Positions 73,001 through 87,300 of a stretch of 124,000 nucleotides of DNA are shown here, piece by piece. The translations under genes were made by a program, and so were the position numbers. This stretch comes from Octopus vulgaris. Lineage: Eukaryota. The stretch covers positions 35,484,001-35,608,000 of the forward strand of contig OX597815.1 in NCBI GenBank assembly GCA_951406725.2, written 5' to 3'. The notes under the pieces are model-generated. The model ran no database searches, was not told where the DNA came from, and saw only the letters and a list, made by a program, of their open reading frames with translations. How positions within the stretch are numbered: position 1 is the stretch's first letter; each line of letters begins with the position of its first letter.

Positions 73001-75190
73001 CTGCTATTTCCAGTAGGGTAAGCAATTATGTAGAGGCCTTCATTCCTCTTTGGCTCACTTGTGATACTTGTGGCAGTGATGGTGAATTTAAGAAGTTAAT
73101 CTTTCAATTTATTAAAGTAAACAATTAAGTCTTCAAATGAACCACATGTTTGAGCAGTCAACATATATTATTAACAACTATTCCTTTCGCAGGCTGCCTA
73201 CCTACAGAAAGCTGGCTTGAAGGTTTGTGTCTTGGAGAAACGTCATGTAATTGGTGGAGCAGCTGTAACAGAGGAAATAATACCAGGTAAGTGTTTCATA
73301 TAATTAAACCTTAAGTAACTCATTGTTTTAATGTCTACCTTTTCCAGACATACATGGGAATTCATTGTGGCAGGTTTTCTACAACTAGTCACCTTGCCTG
73401 TCACCAACACTCAGCTGTTTCCAGGCAATTTTCCATACAGGGTTTACATATGTACATAACTGACAGGCCCCTGATATTAAATAAAATGCTAAGCACTTAT
73501 AGTATGGAAATTAATTGCTACAGCTTTGTATAGCTACTGGATTCGATGAGTATACAAACAGATTGGTTGCTTGTTTCTCTGGGATTGATCAAATTGATGT
73601 GGAAACTTCTAATGAGAACCCAATAATGAAGGCAGGAGAATACATCAGCCGAAACATTATGATGGCAACAAACAAGATGAGGACACCTATCAGTCCATTG
73701 TAAATAATAATGTACATAATTCCTCATCTCAAAAATATAGAATAGTATAATCAGTCCCAGTACTGGACTTTATTTATTGACCCTTGGCAGGGATGGAACT
73801 CAGAGTGCAGAAGACCAAAACAAATACCACTGCTGCTGCAACTATAACAACAACAACTGCAACTACTACTACAACTACTACTACTACTACTACATACCTT
73901 GTTTGTTGTCTCACCGTTGTTCTAAATTCTATTGTACTGGAGTTTATTTTGTGTCATTCCTACTTAATCTAATGAAATCAAGTCGGCAGATGATATAACT
74001 TCCTGCTTACAAAAATAAAAATGTTTCTAATCAAAGCAAGCAATTATTATATAATTCAATGTCCTTTTATGTAACCCCATGTACATTTGATGCCAAACTA
74101 GCCATGTAATTGATGCTACTCCTACTAATCATTCTAGGATTCAAGTTTTCCAGAGCTTCATATCTGCTGAGTTTGTTACGGCCACAGATTTACAAAGATT
74201 TGGAACTGAAGGTATATCATTTATATTCTTTTACTTGTTTCACTCATTGGACTACAGCCATGCTGGTGCACTGAAAGGTTTAGATGATCAAATCAACCCC
74301 AGTTCTTATTCATTTGTAGAAGTCTGGTACTTAAATTATGAGCCTCTTTTTGTTGATCCACTAAGGTTCAGGAATGTAAATAAACCAACACCTGTTGTTA
74401 ACAGTTGTGAAGTAGTGAGACAAACACAGGCACTCACACTCATATACATACATACATGGTTGGCGTTAGGAAGGGCATCAAGCTGTAGAAACTCTGCCAG
74501 ATCAAATTGGAGCCTGTGATGATGATGATGATGGTGGTGGTGAGAAAAATGTCAGAATTTTTTGTAAAAGTCCTTTTATTTCTTCATTATTATTATTATT
74601 AGCGCTTTTGTTCCTCTCAAGAACTTATAAAATACAATTTTGTGAATGTACAAACAGCTTGTTCATTTATATAAAACAGACGTTTTTTTGAGGGGGGATT
74701 GTTTAGAAGAGAACATTGTTTGTTTTTTTGGGGGTGAGGTTCCAAGACAATGGAGATGGATAGATATAAATATAGGTAGGTAGATAGGCTGACGGATATG
74801 AATGGGTAGAAGGAAAGAGAGAGAGAAAAGGTATCCACCTTCCTATTCACCATTCATTCATTTATTTAATTATTTTCCCCTTACCATTATATTGGAATGG
74901 GTTTAATGATGGTGACCACTTAAAAAAAAGAAAGAAAGAAAGGAAAAACAGGTGTGGTTTGGTCATCACTGAAAGTCTTTTTGCTTTCTTTCTATTTCTC
75001 TTCTTTCTTTTTCCTTTTTCCCTTTCTTCTTTTCATTTTTTTCCTTTTTCCTCCATTCTTTTTCTCCTCTTTGAGTTATATTTAGAATATACCCCTTCCA
75101 AACATTCATTTTTGGAGGGAAGTTTTTGATACATGAAAATACATTAGTATAATATTTGCAAATTAACAAATAAAATAAAACGAATATATA

Positions 75191-75221
<31 letters not shown>

Positions 75222-78200
75222 CTACGTAAAGCTAGAACATCCCAATGCTACACATATGTATCTGAACAGGTTTAGAGATGAGCTACATTTAGAATAAAGA
75301 ATTCAAATTCTCCATTTTACCTTCAAACATTCAATTTTAGGGAGGATTCCTTGATGAAGTGTGAGTGTGTGTGTGTGTGCATGTTTCCTTGTGTGTGTGT
75401 ATTTGGGAATATGTCCATGTTTATACTGTGTAACTTTGATCACACCTCTTTCAATTCCATGATTTTGCATTAGAAAACATTAGTATAACACTTACAAACA
75501 TACTGTCTCTGCTTTTCTTTCAAACATTCAACTTTGGAGAGAATTTTTTGATGAAATGTAGTTCCATTGCTTTTCGGTATTGCGGATCATCCCATGCACA
75601 TTTGTAAAAGGGAAAAATTTTGAATTTTCCATCGCCACATATTTCTAGATACTTACTTAATGGAATCTTGCGTAATTCCAGATGCTTACTTAATGGAATC
75701 TTCCTTAATTCTTCTTGTTGGATATGTTGCCTGTAGATTCTTGCACGTTGGCAGAGGGAATTATTTGCTTTGCCAATGTAATTTTCTTTGCAGTTTGGGC
75801 AGGTAATGTAGTATATGAGGTTTTGCGTTTTGCAGTTCATATTTATTTTAAAAAGGAATCTGATAGATGTATGTGTGTGTGTGGGTGGATGTGGCATGGC
75901 TGTGTGGTTAAGAAGCTTACTTCCCAACCATGTGGCCTTGGGTTCAGTCCCGCTGCACAACACTTTGGGTGTCTTTGCTAAAGTGGATTGGGTACATGGA
76001 AATTGAAAGAAATCTATCATGTGTGTGCGTCTGTGGTGGAGGTGCATGTGTATTTGTGTGTGTTTGCTCCCACAGCTGCTTGACAACTAGTGTTGGTTTG
76101 TTTATGTCCCTGTAATTTAGCCGTTCAGTAAAAGGGTCTAATACAATTAATACTGAAGTTAATTAATTCAGCTAAAACCAATCAGGGTGGTGTCCCAGCA
76201 TGGCCACAGTCCAATGACTGAAACAAGTAAAAGCTAAAATGTAACGATAAATAATATATACACACATATATCCATATGCGTGCATACATACATATATTTA
76301 TTCATTTATTTGTATTTATGACTAGCAGTATCACTCAGCGTTGCTTGGGTTTGTTTCGACCCTTTCGAATTGGAATTTTTGAAAAGTAAAAATTTAGCAT
76401 TATGTAGACAATGTATCCAACCATATCACAAAATAACTACATATCTGTATTACTAATATATTTAGCTTCTGCAAAGGCAATAAATTTACAAGAACTGTAA
76501 GAGCATTAGACACATCCATTGTGATATTTCATTACATCCTGTAATGACTTCACTTCAATTCCTTCTGAGAACAACTGTGCCTTTTGTCCTTTTCAGGTCA
76601 ATGGAATAAATTACTGGGGTAAATTTAATCAGCTATGCCTTCTCCAGAATGTATGGCATTGTACTAATGTTAGAAAGCAATATATTTAGGTTGTGCAATG
76701 AAAGTTTTAAATGAACAACTGGAAGTTGTGTGTTAAAATCATAACTAAGATTGTACAGAATTGAAAAAAATGGAAGGTGGGTTGATCACTTTTTAAATGC
76801 AAGCTTCGGAGCTTAAAATAATGAATTCAAACATTTTATTTCAACTACTTGATTATGTACATAGACAAGTTAAATATGAAGCTCATTTAAACAAGTTAAA
76901 TATGAAGTCATGCCCCATGTTTCACTGCCATGTAGCATGGCTGTTCATACACATGCATCATACAGTCTACCTTTTACTCTGAGCGAGAGGCCCTTTGTTA
77001 CCAGCAGAGGTAGGAGCTCTCTGAACTTTGTCCAGGCTATTCTGATTCTAGCAGCTACTCTTTCAGAGCATCCACCTTCTCACTACTGACTTGGTCATCT
77101 AGGTAACAGAAACTATCAAATACTAGTAGTTTTTCTCCCTGGAATGTGACAGAAGCTGTTCTCTGCACATTTTCAGTATTTATTGCTTCTGAGCATTTGC
77201 CACGTACAAAAACTATCTTCCCAATTAGCCTTCCTTTGATATTGCCGCACTTCTTAAATGCAAGCTTCAGAGTTTAAAATAATGAATTTAAGCATTTCCC
77301 TAAGATCAAGCAGGTCCATCTACCTGAAGGGATTTGTGGTTTGTCTGCCTTTCTACTTATTAAGATTTTGGTTTTAGCTAGGTTGACTCTAAGGTCCTTC
77401 GATTCTAATCCTTGCTTCCACACTTGAAACTTCTCCTCTAGTTCTGATAGTGACTCAGCAATTAGAGCAAGGTCATCAGCATAGAGGAGCTCCCAGGGGC
77501 ATCCTGTCTTGAATTCCTCTGTTATTGCCTGGAGGACTATGATGAATAAGAGGGGGCTGAGGACTGATCCTTGGTGGACCCCTACCCCTACCCAGAATTC
77601 TTCACTGTATTTGTTGCCAACTCTCACCTTACTGACAGCATCCCTGTACATGGCTTGCACAGCTCTCACTAACCATTCATCTATCCCTAGTTTTCTCATT
77701 AACCACCAGATAAGGGGATCGGGGGAACCTGTCAAAGGTTTTCTCCATGTCAACAAAAGCCAGGTACAGAGGCTTATCTTTGGCTAGGTATTTCTCCTGC
77801 AGCTGTCTTACCAGAAATGTAGCATCAGTAATGCTTTTCCCTGGCATGAACCCAAACTGCATCTCATCTAGGCTGACTCTTTCCCTAATTAGTTGGGCTA
77901 TGACCCTCTCTGTGACCTTCATTACCTGATCCAACAACTTGATCCCTCTGTAATTATTTGTATCTAATGTGTCACCTTTACCTTTGTAGCAGTTGACTAT
78001 GATGCTGCTACACCAGTCATTGGGTATGACTCCTTCTTGTATCACTTGGTTGACTATATGGGTGACTAGGCTATAGCCAACACCGCCAGATATTTCGAGC
78101 ATCTCTGCAAATGATTCCTAATGGGCTGGGGGCTTTCCCTGTCTTCATACCCTTAATTGCTTTATCTACTAAGGTATTGTCAATTTGGATGGCTGGTGCC

Positions 78201-79606
78201 TCTGTTGGGTTGGCATTCAGCAGACTCTCTTTTTCCCATTCATTCACTTTATTTAGTAACCTTTCATAGTGGTATCTCCAAACCTCTCTCTTTGCAGCCT
78301 CGTTTAATGCAAATGAACCATCATCCATGACATCACAATTCTCTCTCACATAGTCTTGCAACACAAAATAGGTCAAGTCTTTGGTACTCATGGTACAGAA
78401 CATTGGCAAATTTTTTTTTATCTGCTTCCCCTCTGGCTAAATAAACCTGTCTCCTAGCTCCCCTTCAGGCAGTCTGATACAATATATATATATAGATTAT
78501 AATAAGAGATATATACATGCATATGTAGTTTATGTATGTTTAGTTCTGGTATGTTGATGTAGTTTATATATATATTTAGATTTGGTAGGTGTATGTTTTG
78601 ATGTCATATGTCTGCACTGCATACTCACAAATAGAGATGACATAATGATTGTGTAATTTTATCTAGTGCAAATAAATTGCCAATTTTCATTTCATCAGCT
78701 ATACTACAATGCATTATAACATACAATTTGCATACATCAACTGTCAAGCTAAGCTGCTACCATTTAATTGTTGTAACAGCAGCCAAAACCACTGTGACTT
78801 GAAACTAAGAAGGAAGATAGTAAGCACATATTCAAGCACAGATAAATACTAGCCACAGGAGAATGTAAGAAATTAAGAATGGTAGTCTGTATCACTATCA
78901 CATAATGTCAAAAATTTAGGTAGCAACACTTGGTGCTGAGTTGTTATTTTCATATCCTGTTCAATATTTACAAAACGGGTCTCCTGTTCTAAATTTACTT
79001 TACATTTCTTTCAATATTTATAAATAAAGTGTATAGTTATTTAAACATTAAGGTGTTTATTTCCAAGAAACTATTATCTTGTCCATAATCTTCTTTGCAC
79101 TCTGTATTCAAAACCACAGTTTACAAATCCTGTATGAGTATAAATAAAGAGGTTTTTAACTACATTCATAAGTTTTCTGAAGACAGCATCAAATTTTAAT
79201 GTAAACATAACTTTATTCTTTCATTTCTTTTTCCAGAAATATGGGTTAAAGATCTTTCTAAGAAATCCAAGTTCTTACACACCGTTGTTGCAACCAAATA
79301 GTTCAAATCCCAAAGCTAAATCTCTCACACTGGGACGAGATGGCCACCTTAATAAACTGCAAATTGCTCAGTTCTCTCAATCTGATGCTGAGGTAAAGAA
79401 TCATAAATTCATTTATTGTAAACACAAATATGTTTTATAAATCTATGTAACATAATAATGAAGGTTTATTAAATGAAGGTTCATAAAATGCATCTTCATT
79501 CAAATTTTTGCACCTATATTATGAAGATATTTTTCATCTTCAATTCCAGTCAACATTTACAAAACAATATTTCACAAACATTTCTAACAAAGGTATAATA
79601 CTGTGA

Positions 79607-79654
<48 letters not shown>

Positions 79655-81150
79655 TTATATTTATTTACAAATATTTCAGAAATTTGAAAGATATGAAGAG
79701 CAATTACAAAGAATTGTGGATTCTCTGGATCCTTTGTTAGATAATCCTGCTCTACATTTACCAACTTTCAATGAAAGAGGGATTAAGAAATACATAGAAT
79801 TATGGTCATCCTTGAATTCTTTTGGAAAGTCTAGTAAGTTGTCTGTGTTATTCTTTTACTAGTTTCACTCATTAGTCTGTGGCCATGCTGGGGCAAATCC
79901 TCAAATGGGGTAGTTGATTATATCAACACTAGTATTTGGGAGATATATTATTTCATTGGCTTCAGAAGTACAAAAGGTTAAGCTGGTCTCAACTAAATTT
80001 GAAATCAGAATCTAAAGGGACAATATACCACAAATTATTCTGTCTGATATTCTCTCAAATTTGATAATATTTCTGATATTATGTTTCTAAATATTTAATA
80101 TGGGTCTTTTTTTACCCGCCTTTTATCATAAGCCATGGTGTTGGTTTTCTATATCCCTTTAAGTTTATACCACCTCCACAATAATCTACAGTTTCTCTAT
80201 TAAGAAAGAAAGATATATGGCAGTTCAATATCTGCTTCAATGACATGAAAAAATGGTTTAAAATATAAGAATCCTTTTGTTTTATTTGGGTTTTTTTTAT
80301 TTACTGGTAAAAGGTAAGATAGTATCTTCAAGAGTTTTAATGTATTGATGAGATGCAGTTTGGTTTTGTACCTGGAAAGAGTACCACAGATGCAGTAAGA
80401 CAGCTGCAGGAAAGGTACTTGGCCAAAAGTAAGCCTTTGTCAACCTGGAGAAAGCTTTCAACAGAGTTCTCAGCTTTGTTATATGGTGGTCTCTAAAGAA
80501 GTTAGGAGTTGAGGAGTAGCTTGTTAGAGCTGTACAAGCCATGTACATTGGTGCTGTCAGTAAGGTGAGAGTTAGCCATGAATACAGTGATGAATTTAGC
80601 ATACAGGTAGGGAGTCACCAGGGCTCAGTTCTCAGCCCACTCTTATTCATTATAGTCCTTCAGGCCATAACAGAGGAATTCAAAACTGTGCCCATAGGAA
80701 CTGTTATATGCTGATGACCTTGCTCTTATTGCAAAATCTTTAGCAGAATTGGAGAAGAAATTCCAGATATGGAAACAAAACCTGGAATAAAAGGGCCTTA
80801 AAGTTAACCTAGCAAAGACCAAAGTTGTTAGTAAGAAAGAAGATAAAACTCTCTTTCCATCGGGTAAATGGCCCTGCTCAATATGTAGGAAAGAAGTTGG
80901 AAGAAACTATGGACACATAAGAGGTGCAGTGGAATCACAGGTACATTAACAGATAAAGTTGTCTTTACAGTTCTATATTTAAGAGATGAGGAATTATGTA
81001 CATTATTTACAATTGACGGATATTTGTCCTCATCTTGTTTGTCGTTAACACAACGTTTCGGCTGATATACCCTCCAGCCTTCATCAGGTGTCTTGGGGAA
81101 ATTTCGAACCTGAGTTCTCATTCCTAAGGTATTTTTCGAAGTTGTTGTTG

Positions 81151-81219
<69 letters not shown>

Positions 81220-81298
81220 TCACTGCCTGGAATCGAACTTGGAATCTTGTTGTTAGTAGCCGGTGCTCTTAACCACTATGCCATATACTAAGTAGTGA

Positions 81299-81340
<42 letters not shown>

Positions 81341-84300
81341 TAACAACAACAACAACAATGTAAATAATGGTGAAAATACCTTTGTTGTTTATTAGCCACT
81401 TCACTTTTGTAGGAATACTAAATACCCACATACATACACACACACACACATATATATATATAGAGAGAGACAGACAGACAGACAGACAGATATCATAAGA
81501 GTGGGTTTAATAATAATTTCTAACTTAGAAACAAATACTGACATGAATTCAAATACCATTTCAGTTCAGAAATGCAAGGCCCAAAACTCGAAACTACTTA
81601 CAATGAAACATTGTGTTATGTTGATTTCAAATTTTGGCACAAGGCCAGCAATTTCAGAGGAGATAAGTTGATGTAAACCTCCCTTCATTGGACACTAAAT
81701 TCTGCTTGCGAAGACCTGTTGGGGCAAGTGAAATCGAAATTTTAAACTCAGAACATAAAGACAGACAGTATACTACTAAGCATTTAGGCCAGCTGGCTAA
81801 TGATTCTGCCAGCTTGCAAAGAAAAGGGTAAGGGGAAAATAATGGTGGCATATTGAATGTTGTTGGGGTTTTTGATACTCTGACAATATCATCAAACATT
81901 AATTTGCATATCTCCATTCTACAGTCATGGACTGATCCTGTGCAGGTGGCACGTAAAAACTTATACATTTGGCAAGTAGGTTGCTAAAACCCAAGATGAG
82001 CAAACACAAATACATGGTAGACAAAAGCTAAAAGACCGTGACCATGCTCGGAGTGGTTGGCGTTAGGAAGGGCATCCAGCTGTAGAAACTCTGCCAGATC
82101 AGATTGGAGCCTGGTGCAGCCATCTTGTTTGCCAGTCCTCAGTCAAATTGTCCAACCAATGCTAGCATGGAAAGTGGACATTAAACGATGATGATGATAA
82201 TATACAAGGGGCTTCTTTCAGTTTCCATTTCCCAAATCCATTCACAAGGCTTTAGTTGGCTTGGGGCCAAAATAGAATACACTTACTCAAGGTGCCTCAT
82301 AGTGGGACTGAACCCAGAAACTTATGGTTAGGAAGCAATCCTCTTACACACAACCACAAACAAATAATTTTTTTATTTTAACCAATTACACTAAATATTT
82401 TCTCTTTTGAAATGTCAACATTTTGTTCTATTTTTAGTAAAACAACTGAAACATGATAAAACAGCACTTCTCGAGTTAATGACAGCCCCTGCTTCCAAGG
82501 TTAGTTTCACTCAATGTCTTGTTTTCATTTGTCCAACAAATTTTCTGCTTGGAAAATGTTGAGAACCAAGAGGGCTGTCCACACTGATTCTATCATGTTT
82601 GAAAAAATGTGATTGTCTCTTTTTTTTCTGTGTGTGTGTGTGTGTGTGTGTGAAGTACCAATGGTCCTCATAAATATCCACTAGACTGGGGAAATATATA
82701 CAACTGATGTTCAGTTTCAACTTGTGTAGGTTAATGCCCGTAGAAAAACAATGGATTGAGAAAACGTTCTCAGGGGTCTGCAGTTCTTGGGAGGAATAAC
82801 TAGTAAAAGTGTTTATGGGGAAGATTGGGATACACAGAATGGTGAACGAGAGAAGAAGAATTGATGCATTCAGTGGATTAGGCAATGGTGGTACGAAGCT
82901 TGTTAATTAAGAAGGGGAGAAACTATTGAAATAGTGGCAGAGGATATGGATAGAAAAACATGTCTGATTGTAAATTAGTTTTCTGCAGTCGATCAAATGA
83001 CCTTCTTTTATATATGTTCTAGAATGTTGTATTGTGTGGAACAGCCCCATTCTCAATATGTAAACATTGGAGTCTTGTTTGTGCTTTGTAGAAGATTAGC
83101 TACTGATCAGAGCTAAAGTGCATCTTAGCTCTGAAGATGTGTCATAGTCTTTAGGATGTTGATTTAATAATGTTGTATATGTGGTTACCATAGTAAATTA
83201 CCAGAGACAACAATGTGTTACATTTGTTGCAACTTTGAGAGTTTTAGTTGTGTGTTGTTTAAAGTTAGGTGGTGCAATGTTGCAAGAGTGTTTTCTTGAC
83301 ATGTGAGTGAGTGTTTTAAGTCAGCTGTAGGAAATTAGGTTGCGAGTCTCTGCCTGCTAGAAAATATCTAAGCACCCACTACACTCTCAGAGTGGTTGGC
83401 ATTAGGAAGGGCATCCAGCTGTAGAAACTCTGCCAGATTAAGATTGGAGCCTGGTGCAGCCATCTGGTTTGCCAGCCCTCAGTCAAATTGTCCAACCCAT
83501 GCTAGCATGGAAAGCGGATGTTAGACGAAGATGATGATGATGATGATGACTTCTATTTATGGAAATATTGAATATCTTTCATGGTGTGCTTAAATCCTGG
83601 ACAGAAAGTTAAAGGGAAATAGAAAATTATACCATTGGGTAGAGATTTGTAAGAAGTAGGAGGAAATAATTTCACAAAAGGAATTACGTTACCAGTGTTA
83701 AATGAATGTTAGAGAGAGCCTCAGTATAAACTGTGATGATGTAATGTTTCTGATAGACCCATTTGTCAGAAACTTTGGAGGAGCTGATGTCAGACTGTGT
83801 CGATGTTTTTTGGCAAATTTCACCTAAGTTCTGAATGAGAAGAGCCTCCTGGTGTGTGACAGGGAAAGAAGTCTCAGATAGATATGATTCCACAGAAGCC
83901 ATATTGTTAGTCACAGATGAATAATCCTCTCATCAACGATCAACAGTGATCTTTTTTCTTTTTGTCAATTTCCAAATGTGTATTCTGACTTCTTTACCCT
84001 GGGGTACACCTTGACTTAACACTACCCTAGCTATCATTAATACTCAGTCCCAAAGGCGGCAAGCTAGCAGAAATGTTAGCACACCAGACAAAAGGCTTAG
84101 TTGTATTTCACCTGCCATTATGTTCTGAGTTCAAATTCCGCTGAGGTTGACTTTGCCTTTCATCCTTTCAGGGTCATTAAATTAAGTACCAGTTACTCAC
84201 TGGGGTTGATGTAATCGACTTAATCCATTTATCTGTCCTTGTTTGTCTCCTCTATGTTTAGCCCCTTGTGGGTAATAAAGAAATATAATCCCCAGTCCCA

Positions 84301-87300
84301 AACTTATTGTATCAATTCTACTTTATATATTTGTTCTACAATCTCTGTTTACTATATACGACTTAACTTATTTCTATTTAATTACTCCTAGTTTATCTAG
84401 TTCGGGTTTTTATGTGAATTAAAATTACTAGGTCTGCCTTGATCTTCTTGTACCATTCCTTCTTAAACCAGCCTCACAATTATTTGATGACATTGATACT
84501 TTCAGGTTTTGAATAAATGGTTTGAATCAGAACCCCTGAAAGCCAGTTTGGCAACTGATGCTGTGATTGGATCAATGACCAGTCCTCATCATTCAGGTAG
84601 TGGGTAAGTCAATAGCTTCATTTATTCCTATCATCATTAGTTATTTCTATTCAACAAAACCAAAGGTAGCTGAAAAACACCATAACAAGTGAGACAGGTT
84701 TGTTTTAATAGATATGTGCATACATATGTAGCAGTTCTTGCATGCATGAAGTGGATTCGATCCACCACAGCCAAATTTAAATTAACGCTGCCACAGAACT
84801 TTTCCCATGGTGGAACAATGGTTTTTCTCTGACAGCAGTTTTACATTTTCCAGATGCCTTTAGCTAAGCCGAAATAATGTCTTCATCACTTGACTCTTTC
84901 TAACCTCTTCTACTTCACCAAAAGCTAGAATAGAGATAACACGACTACCAACTAAATCTATTGTTTTCAATGAAATATCTATCCTTCTGGATAGTTATAT
85001 AAGCAAGCACACCCCAAAATCAGTTAGTCACAGTCGGTGATGACTCAACAAAGTCTGGCTGACCAGCTAGAACCTTGGTCTGAGGGAGAAATGAAGTTTA
85101 CTGTCAGCAACTGTGAGACAACGTCCCTCATCTTACAATTCTCATTAGCTCTGATTCTGCTCTCTTACAACATCATTCTATCTCTCTCTGTAATTACTAC
85201 TACTAAACAATGAAGAGGATACAAACACAAACTTTACTTTGCATACTTTTGGATTTAGCATAACCTGCCTGTCGAGGCAAGGTATTTGTTACATAACGGT
85301 AAATGAATATTTCCTTTATACTTCATGCATTGTTCATCTTTCACATCCTACAGCAAGCAATTATAACAACAAATTATTACCGTTACACATATATCACAAT
85401 TTATTTTTTAATCAATGTTCAAGCTGTATCCATTCTGCTTTGGTTTCAGAGGAATGTGTATTGGACTGCAATTTGTGTTTCCTTTCTTAAATAATGTGGC
85501 TTAGTTGTGAAGGCACATGGCTTAGTGGTTGGGTTATTTGCTCACAATCGTATGGTCATGTGTTCAATTCCTAATAGTGCATTATGTCCTTGAGCAAGAC
85601 ACTTTATTTCATGCTGTTCCAATCCACTCATCTGGAAAAACTTAGTTTTACCTGTAATCCAAGAGGCCAGCCTTGTCACACTCTGTGTCATGTTGAATCT
85701 CCCTGAGAAATATGTTAAGGGTACATGTGTCTGTGGAGTACTCAGCCATTTGCATGTTAATTTCATTGAGCAGATCAACTGCAATATTCATCATCATAAC
85801 CGATGGAGTGCCAGTTAGTTAAAGTGGTGTAAGGAAAAAGAGGTTTGACAATTACAGCAACATGTTGTGTAGCTACATAAAGATTCCATCACTAGTTGTT
85901 AAATGCCCATTCCTACTTTCCAGAAATGTAGTGGTTGATTAATTAAAGTTCTGTCTTACTGACCTGGAGATGCTCAATTCAAAATAACTCATAGAAATCA
86001 ATAGCCATATCATTTTAAATACTTATTGAAATATCTCTCTGAACTGTGAAGTCAGTCTTTCACTTAAATTCCCTAAAGAAGGTAGAGTAATCTATCTTGC
86101 CTGTTATTACAACAACAGACTTTACACTCTGTTTACTCTCTTTTACTTGTTTCAGTCATTTGACTGCAGCCATGCTGGAGCACCGCCTTTAGTTGAGCAA
86201 ATCGACCTGGGACTTATTCTTTGTAAGCCCAGTACTTATTCTATCGGTCTCTTTTGCCGAACCACTAAGTGACAGGGACGTAAACACACCAGCATCGGTT
86301 GTCAAGCAATGCTAGAGGGACAAACACAGACACACAAATATATACACACACATACATGCTGGCAGAAACCTTAGCACGCCGGGCGAAATGTGTAGCCGTA
86401 TTTCGTCTGCCATTACGTTCTGGGTTCAAATTCCGCCAAGGTCGACTTTGCCTTTCATTCTTTCGGGGTCGATAAATTAAGTATCAGTTACGCACTGGGG
86501 TCGATGTAATTGACTTAATCCGTTTGTCTGTCCTTGTTTGTCCCCACTGTGTTTAGCCCCTTGTGGGTAGTAAAGAAATATATATATACATATATACGAC
86601 AGGCTTCTCTCAGTTTCCATCTACCAAATCCACTCACAAGGCTTTGGTTGGCCCGAGGCTATAGCAGAAGACACTTGCCCAAGATGCCACGCTGTGGGAC
86701 TGAACCCAAAACCATGTGGCTGGTTAGCAAGCTACTTACCACACAGCCACTCCTGTGCCTGTTTACATTTATATGCCATTTGGTAGCCAAGTGGCTTACA
86801 TTTTCAATATTCGCACAACAATCAGAATAATTTTTTTGCCTAGTTACAGAGAAAATTTTGACAACAGATTTAGATACATCAAAACAATTTTTTGTATAAT
86901 TCGCTTTTGTCTGCTGAGGCCTTTTTGGTCAATATGACATTTTTAAATGGTAAAAACAGTCTCCTTCTCCTTACATTACTGCTATTAGAAAATGTGATTG
87001 CACATTGAAATTGATCTCAGTTTTTATGGCTTTAAGCTATTGCATGGTATTTCTTCCTTCATATAAACTACTAGTTTGTTCTAAGGTTGACTTGTGGCTA
87101 AATTCGACATATGCATCGCTAGTAGCCAACAAGACCCTCATCAATTATATATATGTTCTTACTGTTTACAGTGTTGTTGTTGTTGTTGTTAAGCAACAAA
87201 ATGGGTAAGGGTGATTAGGTGATAATCTAGGGCTTTGTGGCGGGAAACCCCAGACCTTGAAGGAAAAAAAAAATTTGGTCGTCTTGTTGTAGTCGAGGGC

